Shown here in pieces: positions 49,501 through 60,713 of a stretch of 64,000 nt of DNA (its first letter is position 1; every line of letters begins with the position of its first letter). The notes beneath the pieces are model-generated. The model saw only the letters and a program-made list of their open reading frames with translations, searched no databases and was not told the DNA's origin. The stretch is taken from assembly GCA_051362555.1 (NCBI GenBank), contig CM120648.1, positions 12,148,587 through 12,212,586 on the forward strand. The letters run 5' to 3'. The position numbers and the translations under genes were made by a program. The DNA comes from Lingula anatina. Its lineage: Eukaryota > Animalia > Brachiopoda.

Positions 49501-52500
49501 ATTCAAGCAGTAAATACAGGGCTCAACATAAAGCATTGCCCGATTGCCCGACTTGCCCGAAAACGTCCGTCGGGCAAGTCAAATCAGAGGCCAGTTGCCC
49601 GTTCGGGCAAGTGAAAATTTGCCCAAGTACCCACCATATTTCATTGATTTTCAAACAAAACATTTGTTTATTTTTTTATTTTGACATTGAACCGAGTAAA
49701 ACACGTTTTCATTAGTTCCACAAAGCTCGCTACGTGTGCTTCTTCTTCTTTGATATTCCGTCTATGTAAGACGCACTAGGAATTCACTTCCGGTAGTATC
49801 GGTGTAAAGTGATTATACATTGGCGCATGGTTGCAGAGCAGACACGGCAATTGGCGTCCAAAAAGCAAGGAACACTATTTCCTTATTTTAGCAGTCCTGA
49901 CAGAAATAACATCAAAGATTCGCCAAAAAAAGAAGACTGTGACTAAAGAAAGATCAACAACTTCACAGTAAACCAAGCAACAGTATGAGCAAAATTAAAG
50001 GAAAAGCTATTTCCAAAGTCTGTGGCTTACCAAATTCAAAGGGCTCAAATACGACAAACTTGGTAAGACCTGTCAATATTGTTCTGACCATAAGGATATT
50101 GCTGGCCCATCCGTTTTTATTACGGGTTGTAAAAGTTTCAGGAGGACTGGTATTCAGGTATTTTATTCATGACATTTACTCTGATATAAAAAATAATGAA
50201 AAACATTCATTCATTTAAAAATTTATAGGTAGATCTAATCCCTTGATTTTACTATTTTCAGTTAACTAGAACCCCCTCCTATACTAGGAACTATTAATCA
50301 TGACTCATGTTATAAGCTAGCCAGGCACACAACTACCGAAAACGTGGTCCAGTTGGGGGGGGGGGGGATATATTTTTTATGTTTGACTTTTAATTATATG
50401 AATTGAAGCCACTGAATGCAACTGTGACAAATAACAACATAAAAATGGTTACATAACTGAATTCATTTCATTTAACGTTGAACAAAAGCCTGAAATTCCT
50501 GTTAAAAAGGAGGGCAAGTAAAACTCTGAGGGGGCAAGTGAACATTTTGCCACTTGCCCCCCCCCCCAGGGCAAGTGGCCAAAAATATTAATGTTGAGCC
50601 CTGAAATAGCCGTCAAACACAAACTCACGTTGAACATCAAAACTTTATTAGAAAACCTGTATCAAAGTTAACACTGACTGTAATTTAGAGTATAGTAACT
50701 GACAGTGCTTTACTTATTTGTCGATTATATCGGATATTAACGGCAACTGCACGTGAGGGAGAAGACGAGGTTTTCACAGTGGTACATGTACCTGGTAGTT
50801 TTCTTGATATCCGTAGTTAGTAGTGCCGATTATTTACGACCATAAAGTTCTACCAGTCCTTTCTTGTGGGTAATTTATGAAAAATTGCATATCATTCCGT
50901 AAATAAATAACTGTGTGCATTCTCCTTCCACATACGAAACCGACGGCAATCAGAGCTCCCGCCATCTTGGATAAAATTAGTTATGTTGTATATAAAAAAA
51001 ACGATGTGCGGAAACAAATACTACACACCAGTCAGCATAAAAACAATCCAAGCAATAAATGATCCAGAAAACAAGTGCCATTTATCCAAAAAATATCCAT
51101 TTCATGAGTTAAATAACCTTAATTCAATTTATTTACATCTGAATGAGTTCGTAGTTTAGCAGTCACCGCTACTGCGCATGCGCAGATGGTCTTTTTCGCG
51201 TAGTTTTAGCGTTGATTGTTTTTAATGTAATTTAATCATTTTATGTTTTGAAAAAAATTTTATTTCATTTTTTGGTACCTGAATATATGCTGTAAACATC
51301 TTGTATAGCCATCTTACATAACTACGTCGGCCATACGAGTTATTTGTCAGTGAATATGGGGTTACCTGAACATTTTATATGGAAAAGCATATGGGAGAAA
51401 AATGTCAGGCTTAACTATAAAAAGCTCTAAAAAATAAATTATTTTAAATATGCAACTTTTCGAGCTCAATTTATTAGTTTTTAGCATAGTTCTTCATAAT
51501 AAATTAAAAGAAAACAATATCTGGGAGGGTCATGTTCCAATGCCCCTATGTTATTTTTCTGATTCTTACAGAGACTGGTACTTAATTAGTTATATTACAT
51601 AGATCACTTGGCATATTAGATATAGAATGCATTGGTATTCAGGGCTCAACATTAATATTTTTGGCCACTTGCCCTGGGGGGGGGGGCAAGTGGCAAAATG
51701 TTCACTTGCCCCCTCAGAGTTTTACTTGCCCTCCTTTTTAACAGGAATTTCAGGCTTTTGTTCAACGTTAAATGAAATGAATTCAGTTATGTAACCATTT
51801 TTATGTTGTTATTTGTCACAGTTGCATTCAGTGGCTTCAATTCATATAATTAAAAGTCAAACATAAAAAATATATCCCCCCCCCCCCAACTGGACCACGT
51901 TTTCGGTAGTTGTGTGCCTGGCTAGCTTATAACATGAGTCATGATTAATAGTTCCTAGTATAGGAGGGGGTTCTAGTTAACTGAAAATAGTAAAATCAAG
52001 GGATTAGATCTACCTATAAATTTTTAAATGAATGAATGTTTTTCATTATTTTTTATATCAGAGTAAATGTCATGAATAAAATACCTGAATACCAGTCCTC
52101 CTGAAACTTTTACAACCCGTAATAAAAACGGATGGGCCAGCAATATCCTTATGGTCAGAACAATATTGACAGGTCTTACCAAGTTTGTCGTATTTGAGCC
52201 CTTTGAATTTGGTAAGCCACAGACTTTGGAAATAGCTTTTCCTTTAATTTTGCTCATACTGTTGCTTGGTTTACTGTGAAGTTGTTGATCTTTCTTTAGT
52301 CACAGTCTTCTTTTTTTGGCGAATCTTTGATGTTATTTCTGTCAGGACTGCTAAAATAAGGAAATAGTGTTCCTTGCTTTTTGGACGCCAATTGCCGTGT
52401 CTGCTCTGCAACCATGCGCCAATGTATAATCACTTTACACCGATACTACCGGAAGTGAATTCCTAGTGCGTCTTACATAGACGGAATATCAAAGAAGAAG

Positions 52501-53600
52501 AAGCACACGTAGCGAGCTTTGTGGAACTAATGAAAACGTGTTTTACTCGGTTCAATGTCAAAATAAAAAAATAAACAAATGTTTTGTTTGAAAATCAATG
52601 AAATATGGTGGGTACTTGGGCAAATTTTCACTTGCCCGAACGGGCAACTGGCCTCTGATTTGACTTGCCCGACGGACGTTTTCGGGCAAGTCGGGCAATC
52701 GGGCAATGCTTTATGTTGAGCCCTGGACTATTGTATACAGAAAATTTAACATTGAACCAGGTGGTTTAGGTGGTTGCCCCATTTTTTTTTTTTTTTTTAC
52801 TCTATGACAAAGTGAATATGTATTGAATTCTTTTCTCTGAAAGCAAGTTGTATGCTGGCAACTCATGACTATTATCCACTCATTCTTGACATTAGAGATA
52901 TACCACAGTAACCAGTACTTGCTGATGTATAACAATATATTAATTGACATTGACCCAGTTAGATAGGTGCCAGTATTCCAGAACTTGATAATATACATGT
53001 ATATATATATATATATATAATAATTTACATTGACATTGACCCAGTAAGATAAAGATAGTGGTGACATTGGTGTCTATACCATGTCACAGGTGGATAGATG
53101 TGTGAAAACATACAATTTATATCAGCTACAGATTTTTGAGGAAATAAAAAAGACAAGGATTTTTTGCTCTGTTTTATGTTAATTTAGACTTTAAGGGCTT
53201 GTTTGGGTAAATGCACTTTAATGAAACTTTTTTTTTATGTGATAGAGAGAGGATATGTACTTTTCAGTCAAGTTAGTGAAATAACTATGGATGATAAACC
53301 ATTTCTGTTTTTAAATATGAAAATTATGAGTTCTGTCTTTCTCTGTGTTCAGACAAGGACTAGTGTAGACTACAAATGGGTCCAACTTTCATTATTCCTT
53401 AACACCAGGTAGACATATTTACAATCTAAATTATTCCTGCTTCGCTGACCTTTAGTGCATGTAGTAACCTGTGTTCTCTTTCTCTCTCCCTCTTCTGCTG
53501 TAGGTCAGTACAACACCCAGTATGGTGGGTATGGTGCCGCCCCAGGCCAACCTGCTCAGCCAGGGTACTATCAGCAACAACAGCCTGGAGGTAATGCACG

Positions 53601-53639
<39 letters not shown>

Positions 53640-53877
53640 ATACGCACATGCATGCATACATACGCACACATGTATAGACACTCCTGTACATACACACATA
53701 CATGTAGGTACTAGAGCAGGTGCAGTTGTGAAGTCATGCACAGACACACATGCACATGTATATGCATTTACATGAACACACACATTTGCACATACACGCA
53801 TAGAAATTTACATCAATCATAGTATGAACAGCAACAGCAGCCATGAGGTATTAGTGCATGTGCGTGAGCACATATGT

Positions 53878-53923
<46 letters not shown>

Positions 53924-54312
53924 CCCTAGTGACTACACCACAAGACAGTTTCGATATTTGCTTTGATGACTCGTTGTTACTTTGTTGTGCATCTCTTTCT
54001 TTATTTTAACCCCCTCTCTCCCCTTTAAATCTTGAATTTTGTTATTATTTTCAATGAAAAATACCTCCCATAAGGATCAACTGTAATAAACATGTTAATT
54101 TCTAGGAGTTGGCATCCAATGTGGAATGCAAGAGTTCTAAGCTTAATATTGCACAGTTTGATAGATGTATGAATAAAATCTACTAAAGGTATTTAGACAG
54201 AATTATTTAAACTCTCACTGGGTGCTGTGTCCCATGGAAAAATGAGTCTTTTGTTGGCTTTTTCTTGAGTCTCAATTTTTTTTTTTACCTTTTTCACCCT
54301 TGTTGGTATTAC

Positions 54313-54347
<35 letters not shown>

Positions 54348-57300
54348 CCAATTTCAGCCATGCCCCCTATGCCCCCTGGGGCTCAACAACCCCAGCAGCA
54401 GCAGTGGATGGTCCGACCCCAGGGGATCCCTGGCTGCCCCCCAGGGCTGGAGTATCTCACCCAGGTCGACCAGCTCTTGGTTCACCAGCAGGTGGAGTTA
54501 CTGGAGGGTGAGTCCAAGAGAAGACACAAGACAAGACACACTCTCTCTCTCTCTTTCTCTCTTTCTCTCTCTCGCTCTTCATTATGTACATGTAGAACTT
54601 TAATCAAATAAAATTTATTGCAATTACATGCCTCATTTAAAGAGCATTAAAGTGATGTACAAAAAATCTTGTGCATATATACAAATTATTAAGCCCGTTT
54701 GTTTTTCATTTTGAGCGCATTCAACACAACAGACTAACAGATCTGCGGATCAAATATGGCTGACCCACTTGAATGCTTGAGTAGTCCCCACTAGGAATCT
54801 GTTCAGTGTCTGGTTGGGAATTAAGTGGCAAGTTTTAGTGGGTCGATATATTTTATCCGCGGATCCATGTCTGAATGTGTTCTCTCATGTGGTGACATGT
54901 TTTAATGCTGATATTGTTTTCAGCCTTCACTGGCTGGGAGACCAAGAATAAGTACCAGGTGAAAAACTCTCTTGGACAGCAGGTTTATTTTGCTGCAGAG
55001 GGTGAGTACTAAGTCTGTACCTAGTGCCTTGAGTATCTACCCAGTAGGCAACTAAGCCAGGAAACTGACTTAAGTTTTTATTTTTTTTTTTTTTATTATG
55101 TACAGACACAGATGTGTCTGTACATATAGCCATCATCTGCGTCTGTCGTCGCCGTCGCCGTCGTCGCTGTCGTCGCCGTCGCCGTCGCCGTGCACTTTTA
55201 CCGATAACACGATAAGTGGAAAACCATTTTGCCTTTTGATTTGAAACTTGCAGAACTGATGAATATTCATAATACGCAGGTCAAGTTCGAAAATCAGCAT
55301 GATCGGGTCACTCTTAGGGAATTTATGCTGTTTTTTCACTTTTTTCAACATATATGCAGCACCGATAACACAATAAGTGGAAAACCATTTTACCCTTTGG
55401 CTTGAAACTTACAGAACTGATGAATATTCATAATATGCAGGTCAAGTTCGAAAATCGGCATGATTGGGCCATTTTTAGGGAATTTATGCTGTTTTTTCAC
55501 TTTTTCAGCATATATGCAGCACCGATAACACAGTAAGTGGAAAACCATTTTACCTTTTGGCTTGAAACTTACAGAACTGATGAAAATTCTTAATACGCAG
55601 GTCAAGTTCGAAAATCAGCATGATTGGGCCATTTTTAGGGAATTTATGCTGTTTTTTCACTTTTTTCAGCATATATGCAGCACTGATAACACGATAAGTG
55701 GAAAACCATTTTACCTTTTGGCTTGAAACTTACAGAACTGATGAATATATATAATACGCAGGTCAAGTTCGAAAAACAGCATGATTGGGTCATTTTTAGG
55801 GAATTTATGATGTTTTTTCACTTTTTTCAGCATATATGCAGCACCGATAACACGATAAGTGGAAAACAATTTTACCTTTTGGCTTGAAACTTACAGAACT
55901 GATGAATATTTATAATACGCAGGTCAAGTTTGAAAATCAACTTTATCGGGTCATTTTTATGGAAGTTATGCTATTTTTTCATTTTTTTAGCATATATGCA
56001 ACACTGATACACGATAAGTGAAAAACTGTTTTACCTTTTGGCTTGAAACTTACAGAACTGATGAATATTCATATTACATAGGCAAAGTTTGAAAATCAGC
56101 GTGATCGGACCAATTTTATGGAAGTTATGCTGTTTTTTTCACTTTTTTCAGCATGTATGCAATACCGCTAACGCATTTCAAGAAAAATCAATTGGCCAAT
56201 TGTCTTGAAATTTACAGGGGAGATCAGTCTTACTGAAATACAGATGGAGTTTGAAAATGGTTCAGTTTTGGTGAAGTTATGCCTTTTTTTGTATATAAGT
56301 GTTTTTTTTTTCCTTTGATTTAATTCTTAGGCATGTTAAGAATCTCCTCTGTGAACTAATTAAATATGTAAAGGTGTTCTTTTGACATTTTCTGCATCTT
56401 AACAATATTGTTAGTTGATTATATAAAAAAGATGGTTAACCTGTTATTGTGTATTATATAACAAAGTGTCAAAAATGGAAATAATAATAAACTCATATCT
56501 TTACAGTTTGTCAGATTCAATCATTCACCATGTTCAGAATCTCAGAATGGAGCAAAATGGCAATTTAAAATTGTTCTATTGATATTTTTCCTATGACAGC
56601 AATTTTCTTAGTTGTTCATTTAAAAATGACAGTAAATTGATTATTTTGTTATATGAAAAAAAGATGTTGAAAATGGAAAGAAAATCAATTCAATACAGTT
56701 ATCTTTTGTTTACATTTTAGCATTTTGAAAGTGTGACTCTGAACTTCCATGGCCTTGAAGACATTTCCATGTCACATTTTCTGTAAATCCATGATACTTT
56801 TATTTTATTATTAAAAATTAATGGTCATTATATTATATTGCATAAAAGTTGAAGAAAACCCTAATTTTGGAAATGGCTGCCGGAATGACCATTAAGGAAA
56901 AACCATGTTACTTATGATACTCAAACTTACTGAAAAGTTTCGTAAGACTGATGTGCAGTTTGTGTTGGAAAATCAGTGTGATTGTTTTCCGTTTTGGAAG
57001 CAATGTAGCTCTATAGAGTGCTATATGGGGCTACTGTGTATGGATGGTGGTAATTGCCCCTTGGGATAGTCACAAGCTAAATTCAGAGCTATAAAATCAT
57101 TTGCCTAATTGATTTCCAAGTGCCCATTAAATAAGATTACATAAAACACACGCTGAGACTTCCCAGTAAAGTCCCATAGGTTAAGCTCTCTTAACTGTGT
57201 CACATAATTAGGAATCTATGATAATTATGCAGGTAAATGTTGTTTAATATTGCAAATAAGTTAACAAAACAAAACAAAAAAATAGATGAATAACAGTGTC

Positions 57301-60300
57301 TTATTATCCTCAAACACATTGGGGTTATTCATATCATGTTATTACAGCAAGATTAAAAGTTTGAATAGTAGCTTTAATGGGATATTTTTGTGTTTTCTTT
57401 TTAATTTTTTTTTTCAAACACTGGCATTTTCAGCTCCCATCCACCTGAAGCTCTTCACATTTTCTGTATTTCCACATAAGCAGTTGCATTGGTTTTTATG
57501 TCTTTAAACATTATGTAATATTATTTTATGCACTGTCATCATTATTTAGATATTGGGATTTTCATTATGTGAATTTGGTCCTGAAACTGTAATCTTATTG
57601 CAGGGGTGGATTGAGGCCATCTTCTGGGTCTTTCAGATTTTAAAGTTCACATTGATGGGCATCTCTTTTTTCTGTTGGAAGACCATCAAAAATGTAGGAT
57701 GGATCAACAAAGATAATTTGGAATACTGTCAGAAAATATCTCTGGATCAGCTCCTGTTATTGACGATGTCACCTGTTGTGCATGATTAAATTTCAGCGTT
57801 GATTGACAGTGCTATTGTAGGCATCAAAATTGACAAAATGAACCATTTTCTGCATTTTTATTTTGTGTTTTTGTCTGTACATTTGACAGCTTTGCTGCCT
57901 TGTTTTTTTTTTTTTTTTGTGAAACTAGGGCCAGGATATTTGCTTGTAGTCAGATTTATTACATATTAATGAAGCCTTTTTACTCCTATATAGCAAAATG
58001 CAAAGTTTCAGAAAAAAAATCTCTTGTTCACTTGATTAACTTTAAAATGGGATCTTGAAACACAAAGTATAGGAATATTATAGGTAAATAATGAAAGTCA
58101 TCATTAGTCATTACAAACAAAGAATATTTCTGTGAAAGTGTCTCTTAAATGTTAGAGTCATTGCTTAAAGAATTGTAGAATTCAAGTACTAGTATATATT
58201 AATATGATATAAACTATGTATGTACATAAACTGTTTCAGAGTCTGACATGTGTATGAGGCAGTGTTGTGGTCCAGGGAGAGGGTTCCAGATGCACATCAC
58301 AGACAACATGGGACAGGTATGCTAACACTGCTCCTCCCAGCAGCTAGGGAGCCAGTTTCACAAAATGTCAAAAGTTATTGGGGGGGGGGGGGGGGGGGTT
58401 TAAAATATAAGAGCACATTCAAAACAGCGGAATAACAGATCCACGGATCGGTCATATTTGAACCACGGATCTGTTAATCCACTGTTCCGAATGCACTCTT
58501 AGGCTAATAAGACTTAGTTGACTAAGATCCATTTTGCAAAAAAAATTTAAAGGGTTACTCAGTTTGATTTTTGTTGTCTTAAACTTCGCACTTTGAGCAA
58601 ATAATGATTGTTTAGATGAAGATCTTGCCTCAGTAGTGTCAGGAAGTCAATAAGGTATTTATTGTGCATCAATTATTGTTAAAAACTCTTATGGCAATAA
58701 TTAACTTAGCATAGTTGGCCTTCATACTTTAACAGTACTACTTTACTAATACTTACCAAAGAACTAAAGACTATGTGAAACTGGTTTTTGAATAAAGTGC
58801 ACATTAGTGTGTCTTCAGCATGTAGTCCACACCAGAGCTTCTCTTGTAAATGAGTCTCTTTTATAGACTATAATTATGGACATCATGCCAGGTCAAAAAG
58901 GTCTATGGTTGGGCTTATCTTGTTAAGTTGTCCCTCTGTGGGTGAAAAAGTGCTATATACATTTGACCCATTACCTTTTTTTCTCTGTGTTTTATGCTTA
59001 ATAATGAATGAACACAATCATACTATTGGTAGATTCAGGTTGCCACCAGAAACATTGTAATTGTGTTGGATAAAGTCCTGCTAACACAATCTTTCAAATC
59101 CCCTAGTTAATACCAGTATAGGTAACATTATATTGCGATAAAGGAGAATGGACTGCTCAAGGCACAAATTTGTCACAATCAGTGATTGTGTTGTTTGAAC
59201 TCACCAGACACATTCTATATAAGTTTTGTGAAGCTTGTGTTGTAATAGGAGAGTGTACAGCATTTTTACATTTTTTTTCAAAGGTGGCAATGAATTGCAA
59301 GTGTTTGTTACATCTGAAACACGTCACTGGCATAGATATTAGGTTTACATTCATATATTTATTATTTATTTATTTATTTGTCATGTTATAACTGCTGTTA
59401 TGAACTATATACCACTATGCATAATGCATATATACCCTAATGCATTGTGTTGAACACAGTGGCTCCTATGACATATTGATTGGCTGAGTAAAGCTCTGAT
59501 TGGTCAACAGCAGGTTATCGTGACACGCCGTCTTCATCGTGTATGCAGCTTTAAATCCTCTTCTAGTTAGATGACATTCCAGCTAGTGAAACCAACATTA
59601 TGAAATCAAGAGAAATTTCGAGTACTTGCTGCAGAGCAATTAAAATCTGGAAGAAAAGTAATCAAAGTAAAGAGAGCTAGAATATATGCAGAGCTACTGT
59701 TTTTGTTATGACCAAAAAAGGACATGGTAATCATGTCAGACATATCCTAACCACAAGTTAGCAGCCTTTGAAACAAGTCTTTATAATGTTGGTTGTGGTA
59801 TTGTACTTTTTTTAGAAAGCTGGGTTCATATTACTGTGTGGTCTTTGAAAGTAAGGACTTTGAAACAATTCTTTTATCAAGTTAGCTGTGGCCTTATACT
59901 ATTTTAGAAAGCTGGGTTCCTATTTCTCTGTGGTCTTTGAAAGCAGATACTTTGAAACGATTTTTAATGTTGGCTATGGCCGTGTACTATTTTAGAAAGC
60001 TGGGTTCCTATTTCTATATGTGGTCTTTAAAAGCAAGAACTTCGAAACAATTCTTTAGCAAGTTGGCTGTGGCCTTTTACTATTTTAGAATGCTGGGTTC
60101 TTATTTCTATGTGGTCTTTAAATGCAAGGACTTTGTTCACTCTGCGGTCATTCCTCCCTAGTGAGAAGGCCTCAGACCAATCACGAATCTTTTCCAAGGC
60201 TTTCCTAGTGTTTTAGGTAAGACAAGTTGATAATGCTTTTTTCAGGGGTGTCAAACTATAACAAAAACGTTTTTTTTTTTTTTTTTTTACATTTAATCTT

Positions 60301-60664
60301 TTCCACTTTCTTTTTATACATTTTAATGGTATATTTTAATGGTTATTGCACTGCATCAGTTATATTTAGAAAAAATAATGGCATTTTTTTTTTTCATTTC
60401 ATTAACAAGCTTTCCATTCTTGTTTAACAAAATTTAACCAATTCATTCCACATTGTTTTCCAACTCTTAAAAATGTAAAATCTTCAGAAATCCTTATCTC
60501 ATTTATTAAAATTTAAAAGGAAAAATACACAGTCAAAGAAACAATGGTCTACATTGCATGTCAGAATGTAAAATGGTTGTCCGTTTTGTTTCATTAGATG
60601 AATATTGCAGTTTGTATAGTTGGTGTTAGAAATACTGTAATCAATTTGATTTTTTATTGGTCTG

Positions 60665-60713
<49 letters not shown>

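Larger units (their letters stand above)
46309..51581. mobile_element. 5.3-kb TTAA-flanked TIR element (Kolobok-like?), non-autonomous, with ~360-390-bp internal repeats and nested L2 and hAT insertions
   Basis: TTAA|GTAGCAGTCTCTGTAAGGTTCAGAA ... TTCTGATTCTTACAGAGACTGGTAC|TTAA, with a shared subterminal ACATGACCCTC.CAGAT. CAAGATGGC motif at about 46472, 46861, 47210 and 47577. Confidence 0.65.

Noticed and set aside
49985-52257. Two identical 77-aa ORFs (MSKIKGK...) on opposite strands
   Set aside because: They are an off-frame reading of the duplicated hAT relic, not a gene pair.
55200-56200. Regular repeat arrays (also 59766-60135 and the AACCGAGGAC motifs) as possible CRISPR-like arrays
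   Set aside because: Units repeat over their whole length with no unique spacers, the context is eukaryotic, and there are no cas genes.
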